This document shows, piece after piece, positions 12,101 through 24,200 of a stretch of DNA of 64,000 bases. The position numbers and the translations under genes are program-made. The stretch covers positions 236,052-300,051 of the forward strand of contig DF236954.1 in the NCBI GenBank assembly GCA_000708835.1, in the 5' to 3' direction. Below the pieces are notes generated by a model that saw nothing but the letters and a program-made list of their open reading frames with translations, ran no database searches and was not told the DNA's origin. Numbering within the stretch: the stretch's first letter is position 1; every line of letters starts with the position of its first letter. This DNA is from Klebsormidium nitens. Lineage: Eukaryota; Plantae; Klebsormidiophyceae.

Positions 12101-15066
12101 GACTTTGTTATTACTTTGAGTTGGGTGAAGTGCTCGGAAGGTTTTCTGACCGGCTCATTTCAAAAGCACAAAGGGCTTCAGACTTGGTCAATTCTGACGG
12201 GTCGTATTCAATTGGGCGACAAGCATTTGTCAGGTCCGAGAACTTGCGTGCAGATTTTGCTTAGTTTGGAAAGAGATTTATGGGGTCCTCTGCAAGCTCA
12301 GGGTAAAGCACTGGTCCTTGCAGAAACGAATGGATCTCTTCGGTCGATGTTTGGGGACGGTGTGCTGCATCGCCTAATCATGCATGTTCTTGACCGGGAG
12401 ATCTGCTTCCGGACTAGTTCTCCCCTTCAAAAGCAGTCGACCTCTCACGCATTCGGACTAATTTCCCCGTCAAAAGCAGTCGAACATTTTCCCCCCTCAA
12501 AAGCAGTTGACCTCTTGACCTCTTTTGATTGATAAGCGTCGATCTTTCGAAGCCTTGCGTTGATTTAGCAAGCATCCGGACTAGTCACATTCACTGACGG
12601 TCATCGTTCGACTGCGCGCGCAGGTTCGAAGGTACGAAAGAGAGCGCGTCGAGAACAAGTCGACGTATTGGCTGCTGTTCGAGCTGATTTGGCGGGACTA
12701 CTTCCGCTTCATCTCCATCAAGTTTGGGGACAAGCTCTTCAAGCTGGGGGGCCTGCGAGACGTGAGTGATCTGCACATCAGATCACTGACGGCAGCGAGC
12801 GTTCTGCTGTTCTGTTACATATCTTCAAAGCAGGCTGTCCCTTGTGATTGGCAAATGGAATGACATTGAGGCGATATGACGACGGGTTTCCTGTAGTTTA
12901 CGCTTAACCTCACCCAGTAGCAACCTTCGCTTTTCGCCACATTCCGCGGAAGCCAGAAAAGTCTGTTCTGTCCCATTCGTTCCTTCTTATGTACAGGATT
13001 TGCCGCCAGTTCTCGTTGCAGGCCTGAACGAAAGCTAGGTCAGCGCAGAGCAAGTATTGCAATTCAGGCTGAGCTTTTCAACCCTTTAGCTTCTTGTCTG
13101 AAGCTACGATAATCAAATAAGTTTTCGCTGCAGGTTCGTGGCAAGGAGTGGGGCCAGAACAAGCAGCTTTTCGACACGTGGCGGGAGGGACGGACCGGTT
13201 ACCCTTTGGTTGATGCCAACATGAAAGAGCTAGCAGCAACCGGGTTCATGTCCAACCGAGGGAGACAGGTAGGAAGATTGTCCGGAGGTCTAGTGCCAAA
13301 TGGTCTTTCCTGTCCGTTGTCCTTCTGGCAGGAGTTCGAGATCACATCTTCCTATAAGAGATTTAGGAAGGTGTCAATCATTTATTTACTTATCTATGTA
13401 TCTATTTATCGGTGCTTTCCAATCTGCTTCCTATCTTTCCATCTTCTTTACTGTTGGGTCGAATGAGTGGAGGCGGATTTGAAAAGAGAACTGCAATTTG
13501 TAAGAGGTGAGCAATCGGGGGCTCGTTAGAGATCTTGAAAGTCGGCCGCTGGGCGTAAGTTAAGTCTTCTCTCTGACAATGACGGTGGCACTAGAGGATC
13601 CCACTCTTTTCACACGAGTGCAGAATGTACTCACTAATCCATGCGTGCACAGCCTATGCGCGCTGTCAAATATAGACAGCGACGCTGAGCCCGCTTCGCC
13701 GCTCGAGGCGAGACGACTCCAGTCAGTAGGATCGAGGGAGGCCTTTGCGCTCTTTCAAGTATGCAATTTTGGAGGTCTCACACCCTTTTCCATGTCCTGT
13801 CCCGTCTCTGGCGCGCGCTGAAGTTGGACTGGCGGCACAGGGTTGACCATTCCTCGCTTCTGTAATATGTCATTAAATACAGACCCGCCTATCTTCGGGG
13901 GTGTAACCGAAGCAGTGACGCGCGACATGAAGCTAGACTGGCGGCGAAGGGCTGATCGATACCTGCGTTTATCAGAAACTAGTTTCAACTGGGTTGAATT
14001 CCCCTTGAATAAAACTGGAGTCATAAACCATGGAGTCTTACAACCAGAGCCCATTCCGCGCAGATTGTGTGCTCGTTCCTGACGCGCGACATGAAACTAG
14101 ACTGGCGGCTCGGCGCGGAGTGGTTCGAGACGTGCCTGCTGGACTACGACCCGTGCTCCAACTACGGCAACTGGACCTACGGCGCGGGGGTCGGGAATGA
14201 CCCCCGGGAGGACCGATACTTCAGCATTCCCAAGCAGGTAAGCGCTCGTAGGGATCAAAGTATGACGGCGAAAGGCTCTGAATCTGGCAGGTTTTTTTAT
14301 TGACGCGCAAGACTGTTATGAGTGCCTGAGAATTTGACAGACCTAAGCACGTCCTTGATCGAAGGCGCGGAAGGACCGCTACTTCAGCATACCCAAGCAG
14401 GTGGGCGCTGGTAGATTCTCCAGTCAGACCGCGAAAGTCGGGAAATAAGGCGGCACACGAACTTGCAAGACCGCCATGGAATGCCTGAGGACATCAGCGG
14501 ACCCCAGTTCGAGAACCAGGTTTCAAAGCAATCGTAAAGTTTGGTTATTCTCGCCAGGGCAAACTTCTCCCCCACGTGGCACCGGGGTTTCGCCACGTGG
14601 GTGCTGCGCAAAAGTCTTTTGCCGTTCGGCAAACGATATTGCTTACAATCCCAACCAATTCAAGTCAGCCGTCATCAACGACCGTTTAGTTAGCCTAAGC
14701 GACTGGGGAGACCGTCTCAACGCACCATCTCGCAGCCTTGATGCAACGGCTGTCTTGTTTGTAATCTCGCAGGCTCAGAACTACGACTCAGAGGGCGCTT
14801 ACGTCGCCTACTGGCTGCCGGAGATCGCGAAGCTTCCGACTTACAAGCGCCACGCGCCGAACACCCTCACTCGGGAAGAGCAGGACAAATACGACGTCGA
14901 AATCGGCCCAGGGGGTTACCCCGCCCCTGTTGTGCCGCTGTTGCATGGGCAGCCCGGAGGGGGGGGAAGAGGAGGCGGGTTTAGTGGTAGGGGCAGAGGG
15001 GGGGGAAGGGACGGTCGGAGTGGGAGAGGCAGGGGGGGACGAGATGGGCGGGCGGCCAAGTTTTAG
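9113..15066 (+). CDS. CRY3: Cryptochrome DASH (CRY3-like photolyase family) with N-terminal transit peptide
   Basis: Exons 9113-9590, 10114-10296, 10820-11373, 11927-12043, 12624-12761, 13134-13268, 14064-14237, 14773-15066; phases are consistent, 690 aa. Motifs: [147 protein letters not shown]. The start codon is inferred. Confidence 0.95.
12410..12516. repeat. Intronic tandem repeat, 3 x ~35 bp
   Basis: Core cccc.tcaaaagcagt(c/t)ga occurs three times in CRY-DASH intron 4. Confidence 0.8.
13916..13963 (+). repeat. Intronic echo of CRY-DASH exon 7 (upstream copy)
   Basis: tgacgcgcgacatgaagctagactggcggc matches 14080-14109 with one mismatch; it is followed by gatcgatacc, resembling the exon-end gaccgatact. 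Confidence 0.8.
14367..14420 (+). repeat. Intronic echo of CRY-DASH exon 7 3' end plus donor
   Basis: cggaaggaccgctacttcagcatacccaagcag|gtgggcgctggtag versus the exon end cgggaggaccgatacttcagcattcccaagcag|gtaagcgctcgtag. Confidence 0.85.
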
Positions 15067-16130
15067 CGGATTAAGCCTTTGAAACGTTCTGGTTAGATTG
15101 GAGTTAGTGTAGCGGGATGGTGTTACTGGGCAAGGACGATCGAGCGTTAGAAAGAGGGGTTGCCATCAGTCTTCTGTTGAGGAACTCTTTGCCTTACGGA
15201 AGCGATTAACGCTGGGATGACGAGATCAAAACCATGATTTTGTTGATCATTTCGGAAGGTTTAATTGTCGGGAAAGACTTGCCAACATTTGGCATGGATC
15301 GGACCGGCTGGTCCCAGCCAGTGACTGAACCACTGCTGGTTGACCAGATTCCAAACGGATCTGGTAACGGTCGAGACTCTTGCTTCAGGAGAAATCCACG
15401 AAAGGATGTTATTATTTCGGGTTTCTAATATAGAACCTCTATAGCCTCGGGTTGATGGTCTCGCTGTATACTGCATGATCTACTTCGCGAAATTGGATTG
15501 ATTGGTTGTTGCCTTCAGCTGCTCAATTGGCGGCGTCCAGTTCGAGACAGAGCGCGGCCGAGATGTCCGAAGACCGTGTGGGCTGCACATATGTCGCTAT
15601 CTCTCTAGCTTGCTACACACCGTCAGCCACTGAAGAAATTGAGCCTACATCATGCCGGTCTGGGGCGGATTGAATAAACTAGTTTCCAGCATGCGCCTAG
15701 GCAACCTGGCTTAGTACGCAATATAATATTAGCACCGTATGGCTTATGCGAATGGTGCATCCGCAAAAGAGGGTTAATTTTCATCCGCTAAGATGATATG
15801 TTAACACAAAAGGCCCTATAAATTCGTCGTCATCACGTCACGTGTTTGCCATCAGCTACGGTAGCTGGAAATATACCATGCAGACAATTTGGGAGGACTG
15901 TGTCGGACCACGTGACCGTCCAGTTTTTATTAAAGATGCGTATCTTGAAAACGTCGATCGAGTAGAGCTAGCTGTGTACCATATCGTATCTTCTAAGACA
16001 CGCACGCTCCACACGATATTGCCAAGTCAAATACAGTGATCTGCCTCACAGGTCGTCCTGTTCTTTGGTGGACCCGGATCGTCTGACGGGACCTACTGTG
16101 ACGTTACGATCAGTGGCAATCAGGATCACT

Positions 16131-19100
16131 CTATAACCCGGCCTGGTCAGATAACAATTTCCTATATTCACACGCTTCTTCTACAAGCTCCCCACCCCAC
16201 TTCTCCAGGAAGGCCATCAGAAAAGGATCGGTTATCCCATCCCCTAACCCGCCGCCCGCTTCCCCCGGCTGCTCCCAGTTCTCCCCACCGAACAGACTCC
16301 CCGTCTTTCCCGGGGCACATTCACCGAGCCCACAGCCTTCCTCGATGCGCGCGTCCTCGCGCGCGCCCTGTGCGCCTGCGCTCGCACCCGCTTTCTCCGC
16401 GCGCGCGGCTTGTGCCCCCGCGCTCGCGACCGCCTTCTCCGCGCGCGCGCACCTCTCGAAGGCCCGGGCGATGACGCTCCCCAGGCAATCCTTCTCTAGC
16501 GACGCCCGGTGGATTGCCCGGTCTTCGTAAGTGTTCTCGCAGACCAACCGGTAGGTGGTCACCGGGCGCTTTTGACCGATGCGGAAGGCCCGGTGGAAAG
16601 CCTGGACGGAGAAATTTCCTCGTGAGGAGAGGGTTGCTCACTCTAGACTCCTATAGTCTAGGTATGATAGTTTCTAGGTAGGATATCAACAATCCCCGGG
16701 GAAAAACAAACTTAACAACCTAGATTGACAAATACACCCGCTCCGCACCCGTATCCACCCTAACCCCCAAACTAACCCCACCCGTTCGCCGGGCCATGAC
16801 CATATCCTACCTAAATTAGTAAACGTCCATGCTCACTCTGCGTCCTGGAGAAGAAGCTATCCAGATGATCAAAATCGCTTTGTTGTTACGGCTGTACGGC
16901 TGTAGTTGTTTCCTTACACTTATGCAATTCTCTGAAGAGCGCGCGTGTCACAAACCTCGCGCAGCTCGTGAGGGTACTTAACGCGACGGCGAAGGGCCGA
17001 CGCGCTACAGCGACCGAGTCCAAAGCCAACTTTTGGCTTTGCCCATCCAAAATCGAATTCGTCCGAAACAGGGCGCACCAGCTTTCTAAATAAATGGTGT
17101 CTGAGAGAAAAGCAAAGGTTCACGAACGTACCACAAGTTTTATGAATCTAACGGTGTTCTGAGAGAAAAGCAGAGATTGATGATGAACGTACCTGAAATC
17201 TTACGAATAAATGGTGTTCTGAGAGAAAAGCAGAGATTGACGAACGTACCTGTTCAGGCAGTTTGGGATTCCACGAAGGATCCAGCAGGACCACCCGAGT
17301 CGCCGCCTGCAAATTCAGACCAAGGCCACACGCCCCGAGAGTCGCAAAGAGCACCCGGGGACTAGCGTCCCCTGACTGGAAGCTTTCGACGCTGCCAAGA
17401 AGGGGTATGTCACAATCAGCTTTTGTACTGATATCACGATGTTTGGGAGGGCATTGACCAAAACTGAACCACTTTTCCTTGATAGAAGGGCACTTAACCA
17501 AACACAAACCTAGCTTGGTTAAGACTGTTTTCTTCCTGTGCTCGAGCACCGGATATAGTGGTAGAAGATGCGTGAGTAGGAGATTCTGTAAGCGGCTCAG
17601 GCACAACAATGGAAACCAGAAAGACAGAGCCTGCGGATACTTTGAGATGCAACAGCTTGGAGTTTTAGGTGTTCTTTGCAGTGGCGAAATGACCAGGGAC
17701 GTCTCCTGACTTGCAGCTTTCGGGGTCACGAACAGGGATACGTCAGTTTAAAGAACAGGCGTTCAAAAACAGGGCGCAATGCACGCTTCCTGACTGAGGC
17801 CTCCTCGCATATTTAGATCTGCATTAGACCAAGCAAGTACTCGTTGAAACTCTAGAGAAAGTTTCGAGTTTTGGCAGACCTTGTAGGTCAAGATTATCCT
17901 CTGCCGTGAGGAAGCGCTCTCAGACCTAAATGTCCTAAAAGATAAGTATGCGCTCAACCCTGTCTTCAGCGCGAGATCAAAGTCCATGATGTAACCATTT
18001 TTAAGATCAAATTTGACCCTGTACGCTTTGCTACCGCAGAAGGCGAGGCCTGAAAACGAATGAAGAATCTGAAGACGTATTGCGTCAGAAAAGAAGGTCA
18101 AAGCTTGATGCTCACAGTTTCATCCTCTCTTTGAAGGGCACGTATCCGTGAATATAGGCCATATCTCGGTCGCCCCACTCGAGCGCCTGCTTGACCCCAT
18201 CGATGAAAGCTTCGAGCGGCTTTGTATAAAAGCTGAACACCAGTGTCTTCTCGCCGGAGGCCTTGCAGGCCCTCAGGAGGTCGATTACCAGCTGCAGCTT
18301 CGGGCTGTCGGCGGCCTCTACTGGGCCCGCGAAACAGGACCGAAACCTGCGCGGTAAGGGAAGCGTGAGTATGTACGGACCAGCAACCAGACACTAAGGA
18401 AACAGAGCTCGATCCAAGCTGGGAAAACAAGCTGAAATGGGGCAGAGACGTGTCCTAACCTCGAATGGAGTTAAAAATGAAGCGTACAGGCAGATCAACG
18501 CTTAGATGTTACCACAGGAGCCAAAACTGCACAAAAGACGGGAATCAAGAGATCCGACGGTTCGACCCGCTCTGATCGCTTCTGTTTCTCGTCAATGTTG
18601 CCTGTCCCTGATGTTGGATCTAGCCTTCCTCGAACGAACCCAGAATGTCCTTTCGTAGGTTAAGAACTCAACCCGGATCCTTACCTCGCAATCTCTGGCG
18701 CCAGAGCCGTCCGCTTGCCGTCCGCTTTCCTGAAGTATGCGGCCGGGTGGCAGCACAAGTGCGACAGATCCTGCTCCTGACCGATCGCGCCTCTTCCTAC
18801 CTTCGGGGCGTATCCACCCCGCTCCTCTTCTTCGCCTCGCTCCTCTTCTTCGGACTCCTCCGAATCTTCCCCCAAAACTTCCGAGCTTCCTTCCCAGTAC
18901 AGCTCTTCCAGAGTTTTAACCTTGCGCTTTCTCGACTGCCCACCACGCCTTTTCTTCGCACACGCGTCATACGCTGCGCGCTCGTCTTGACACGTTTCCC
19001 CGATCCGACGGCTGCGATTGTTCGCAATCCGCTGCTCGTACGTTCCCCGGCCGATCGCCTTTTCGACAAAACAATCGTGCAGTTCGCGCCCCTTTCCATT

Positions 19101-22100
19101 CATCTTGAGCCGGATCACGTAGTCGTTCCGCCCCGGAATTCCGAGCCCGCCATACAGGGATTCCTCCCCACCGTAAAACAGGAACGGCTGCATGAGCCCC
19201 GTGAGCTCCTTCAAAGCTGCTTCCGCTTCCGTTCTCAGTTGCGCATTCCGGTCCCGCCCACATACGTAGCGCTCGATGGGCCCGCCAATGAGCTTCAGGA
19301 ACATGTACTTTACGACTGACTCTTCCAACTCCGCTTCTTTGGCCGGAACCAACGGACCGGAATTGGGAACGAAAAGGTTTCTGGGCGACGCTGCCGACCG
19401 CTCACCGGTAGCCGGTCCCTCTGCATCTGACCGTTCCGCTTCTGGGCGGCCCGCCGGAACGCTTGGGGCGGAACCCTCCCCAGCGGAAGCTGCGGCAGGC
19501 TGCGGTGCTGCCGACCCCAGGGCCCCCGCTTGATAAGGTGTCGCTCTAGTTGGTCTTCTCCTGGCGTCGGTTTGCAGTTTGGCTGTTTTCGAGGGCTTTC
19601 TGCTTTGGACAGAACGCTTTGCTTTTGGCGTCTTCGACTCGGACGTCTGTAGAAGAGGCTGGCGACTCGCCCATTTGAGGACGTCGCGCGCGCACACGAA
19701 GCGCGCAAGGTTGGAGAGCTCCTCGAAGTTGTTGTTGAACAGGGTTCCTGGAGGCACGAATCATTGCCATGAGCTGGATTGAGTTTAAATTTCACTCTTC
19801 AAGGCAGTATTTATAGCCAATCAAAACTGTGTGATGAATGGAAGAGACAGGTTCAATCTAGAACGTACCGAACAGATTATATGGAATTCTATCTCGCGTG
19901 ATATCTGTCAAACTAAGAGTCAGTCGAAGTGGATGAATCGATGACGAAAGCCCTTACCATCAGAATCAAATCGAGCATTATGTGTACCTTTCTACGTTCG
20001 TTTACAAAGGCGGCCCGTAGGAGTTGAACGTTGAACTACTTTTTTCTAGTATTGAGACCCGAACCTACAGTGAACGAGGACATCCTCCAACCTTGATGAA
20101 GCCTTCAGCAGTCCAGATGATCATGTTTGCACTTTGGCGACTGAATTTCTCTAGAGAAATTAGCACAGAACATTTGCCTGACTTAGTTCTACAATCTGGA
20201 TCAATTCTCTTACCCGTTAGCATGAGCCGCCGAGCCGTTTTGAACCGCTCCAGCACCTTGAACGTCTGCGTTCCGGCATTTCGGAGCGTTTGGCCTTCGT
20301 CGCAGATTACCAGGTTCGGGGCTTCCAAGAGCAATCTCCCAAGCTCGGCCTGCGCGCGCGTAGCGGGCGCGCGCGCGCCCGCGGTCCTCCTCAGCTGCTC
20401 ATAGCTTATGAGCAGCGGGCCGTCCCTGCGCGCGCGCCACGTCAGCGTCGTCTGCAGCCGCATCTCGTCGAGCTGCGCGTCGTCCGCCGTTTCTAGTTCT
20501 TCCTCGCGCGCGGGCGCGTTGTATCCCCCGCGCGCTCCGTCTTCCGCCCGTTCCGCCCATTCCGGTCGCTTCCTCAGCTTGTCCTCGCGCCGCTCCAGCG
20601 CGGCCGCGCGGTGCAAGCTGGGTTCGTCGACCCGGTAGACTTCGAGACGGCGGGGTTTCCCCGCTTTTCCGGTAAACCACTTTTGGATTTCGAGGACCCA
20701 GTTTTCCTGGATGGCGGCTGGGGTGACGATTAGGGGCCACAGCCGCTCTTGCCACCAAAGGTGCTCAACCAGGGCGAGTGCCTGCATCGAAGAGATGCTG
20801 TTCAGAAAGAGAGCAAGTTTCCAATCTGAAAACTGAATGTTTGGCAATCTGAAAGAAGCACACAAACGAGAACGAAGGACTCTATCCATCTATCTACAGT
20901 TGTTAAGTATGCACCAAGGGATCAAGAAGATTTTGTTTGCTTGGATCCGGCGAGGAAGGGAAATCTGGAAGAATCGTTCTTTTGATACTGTCCTCGCCAA
21001 TTTTATGTAAGGACTTTCTTCAAGTCCTGCTTGCTTCCAGAGATGCTCTTGCTTAACATGCATTGAATCGAATAAACTGAATATAAGTTTTTTTTCGAAA
21101 AGTAGAGGATAAGCCTGCCGTTGAGGACGGAAATCGACTTCAGACAGATAGATAAAGAACACGGATGCTGACAGGACATGCCTTGGAGCAATTGGATTTC
21201 TGGCCGTCAGATTGTTCGGCTCCCCCGTACTTATACATCGTTCATTCTTTGTCCTATTGTGATCCGTATTACCTCTGTCGAAGCCAATATCCGATTCATC
21301 CATCTTTAGTGAAGTTTGAGCGCTTTGAGAGGGTTTTTAAGTTCTTACCACAAGAGTCTTCCCGAGACCAGGCGCCAGCCACAAGATCGCGCCCCTTTCC
21401 GGCTCGTCACTCTCCGGATCTTCCACCATCCTCCGTTTCAGAAAGTCGAACGCCTCCTTCTGGTGCGGCAGCATTTGCTCCCGAAGAAACTTCTCTCCGC
21501 TTGGCACCAACGGAACCGTTCCGCTCTCCAGCCGTTCCGTCTCATTCCTCCCGGCGGCCGCGCGTTTCTTGTTTTCGCCTGACCCTGTTCCGACTCGTTT
21601 CCGCTTCTTGCGGTTTTCTGGTTTCGATTTCGCCACGTCGTTCGGTTCAATATACCACTTGCTTTCCGTTGCTGGCGTCGGCTGACGGACGTCCGCTTCC
21701 GTCAGCTGCCGCACCAGACACCCGCAGTCACTACAGTAAACTCCGTCAGCGTCCTGCCGCATAAGATGGCCCCGCCGCTCGCAGTCACGGCCGCCGATCT
21801 CCTCCACCGCGCGCGCGTTTTGTTCACGGGCGCCCGCGCCAGCCGCGAGCGCGTCTCGCATCGCGCGCTCGCTCGCGAGCTGCGCGCACTGCTCCCACGC
21901 CGTCGCGACCGGGTTCTGACGGTCACCACAGGACGGCCAGATCGCAGCGCCTTCCGCAACGGACGGTCCGGATTGCTCGTCATCTGATTCGGACCACACG
22001 GAAGCCTCTTTGGCTTTGACGAGCTCCGGCAACTGCCGCTTCTTGCCCTTGCCCCCCAAAACTTTGCCCGGTTTAGAATTTCCGGACACACCCACCCGGC

Positions 22101-24200
22101 CGCTTCGTATCACCTTCTTTTCTTGCCCCGCGTTTTTGCCAATCTCCGTTTTGCCCTCAGTTAGCAGCTTCGCCTTTCCCGCTGGCACGACGACGTCCGA
22201 GCCTCGCTGACGTAATTGCTTACGCAGGTCTGTCGCTTGAGACGTGCTCCGGGGAGAAGCCGGCGGCAATACCCCTGGCAGAGAATTGCCCCGGGGCTTT
22301 AGACCGGTTGGTTCTCGGGTCTCGTTCCGCCCGTCGGTCTGCGCCGCGCCCGCGGCCGCGTGCTCCTCCGCGCGCGCGAGCGTCGCCCACCAGTCAGTGG
22401 AAAGCACAGCCTTCTCTTCGTAATCCGTTCTCCCGTTCTCATCCTCCCCTTTTACGCGCTTCAACTTAGGCAAGTCCATCTTCTCGACGGGTTTCTTTCT
22501 CTTCACACCGGATTCGGCAGTGCCCATCAGACTGCTCGGCTTCGCCTCTGAAGGCTCTTCATTCGATTCGTTTTCACTTGTATTTCCCCGCCGCAGCCCA
22601 TCGAGATCCGACTCAGAATCCGCATCCGGTCCTCCTTCCTCACCGTGGACTTCCATTCTCGTGACGTCAGCTTCTGTTTCCCGCGAGTCTGCTTGGGCTT
22701 CCGTCGCTGCCCCCTTTCCAAGGTAACGGTCGATCCTCTCGTCCAGGCGCTTATTGACCTCTGCGTTTTTGACTTCATCCATCCCCTTGGAAAAAGCCTC
22801 GTCGAGGGATCCCCTTACGGTCACCATTTCCGCTGTGTTCTTCGTTTCGGGCAACGGCTCCGGCTCCGGCTGCATCTTCACTTGCGCTCCGATTTTAATG
22901 CTCTCGCTTTCCTCTCGACCCCAGCCAAAAGCGCTCGCCTCAGAGTCTCTCGCTGGAGTTTCGGGGGCTGGACACGTAACAGGGGTTTCCGGCTCTGCGT
23001 TCCGGTTCACCCCCCGATTCCGGCGGATGCTTCCCCTCGGCGGATTGACACAGGGCATCGCAGAGTAGTGGCTGACCTCTTCCCGGAACTCCGGCAGCCA
23101 AGACTGCTTCAGATCCCGCCTGCCGATCCGCCCGGCGATGACGTCGGCAACCGTTCCGTTCACGAAGGAGCGGAACGCAAGGTATCTGGTCCCACAGACC
23201 CGCATCACAAAAGCGGGCGGGAGCCTCTTCTTGGTGTCAGGGTGTAAAGAGAAGCGAATGAAGAAGGTGCATCGACACTCTCCGTAGGTCCCGCCCTTTG
23301 GTAGCGGGTGGATGTGCGGATTTTGCTCTGCTTTAATGATGACCCCATCGTACCAGGCCTGCAACCAGTAAGGCAGATACAACAATCAGGGAGGATAAAA
23401 GAGAAGCCGTTTAACGTACAAAGCACGACTGTGTTTCTCAACTGCCATGGCCGATCGAAACGCGGTCGTCGTCATCTTAAGTCCTCATATGGATTTGATG
23501 CATCCCCGCCAGCATTTTTGAGCCTCCGAAAAGATTGCGCCCACTTACAGGTAACACCAGTACTTTCAAATGAACAGCCTTCTCTAAGAAGCATGTTACG
23601 GCCTACACCACGACCGCCATCAATCTTCCTTCATTTGTTGTTTCGGATCAAAACACACCTGGGAATTCAAGTGGGCGCTTAAGATTCTCAAAGATACATT
23701 CGCCAGAGGACCTGCAACAAGCCAAAAGTTTTCAACCAGAAGGCGAAGCCAGAGCTTGTCCGATCTGCCTTTGGCGTCCCGCCTTTTCCCCAAGATCAGC
23801 AGAGTCAGGCAACAACCTTGGCGCCCATTGAAAACTTTCCAGCTGAAGTGACATAACATGTAAGAGCCCAGAAAAAGCCACTCACTTTGCCCGTAACGGC
23901 GGGATCCCTTCGGTGCTCCATCGGCAGAGTAATAAACGCCACCACGTGAACTCCCTCCCGCAGCCGACCCTCCGTGCAGTCGATCTGAGAGCAGCCGAGA
24001 GACTCGGGCCGCATATCGTCTATGCTCAATTCCTGGTCGAACACGCTACAGTCATCTACACCGTTGATTGACCACCTGATGAACCAGGTTGACTGGCTCA
24101 TTTGCCGGAGCAGCTCGATCTTCCAGATTGAGCCATCTGGGCGGTTGATGGCTTCGATGGGCAGCGAGTTGTCGAGCGCGGCGCGGCCGCGGCGCGCCAT
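16131..24200 (-). CDS. CLSY: CLASSY/DRD1-type SNF2 chromatin remodeler with N-terminal SAWADEE-like domain
   Basis: Exons 24200(?)-23886, 23358-21349, 20781-20214, 19747-18685, 18346-18116, 17391-17250, 16601-16131; phases are consistent, ~1599 aa from ATG 24200 (the true start may be upstream). SNF2 motifs: HQKEAFDFL..GAILWLAPGLGKT, PLIVTP...NW..EI.KW, LLISYEQL, LVICDEGQTLRN, RRLMLTGTLFNNNFEEL, SPKL...GEKTLVFS, GLGLNLQAATRVVLLDPSWNP..EQAFHRAFRIGQKRPV..YRLV. The N-terminus IDCT..LR.GV.V...WYDG.I...E..PH...ECRCTF.I resembles the Arabidopsis CLSY1 N-terminus; a C-x3-H...YCSDCG motif precedes the ATPase. Confidence 0.88.
16675..16813. mobile_element. Tc1/mariner (Stowaway)-like MITE in the CLSY last intron
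   Basis: Perfect 12-bp inverted ends taggtaggatat (16675-16686) / atatcctaccta (16802-16813); the terminal TA fits a TA target duplication. It contains a 50-bp CCCTAA-rich core (16735-16784). Confidence 0.6.
17089..17250 (-). repeat. Tandem ~60-bp triplication of the CLSY exon-6 donor region
   Basis: gtacgttc...tctgcttttctctcagaacacc (minus strand) occurs three times, with GT at 17249 (CAG|GT, used), 17192 (CAG|GT) and 17131 (GTG|GT). Confidence 0.85.

Noticed and set aside
20290-20305. DEGQ instead of DEGH/DEAH in helicase motif II of CLSY as a sign of inactivity
   Set aside because: Gln at this position occurs in active SNF2 enzymes (INO80 has DEAQ), and the other motifs are intact.
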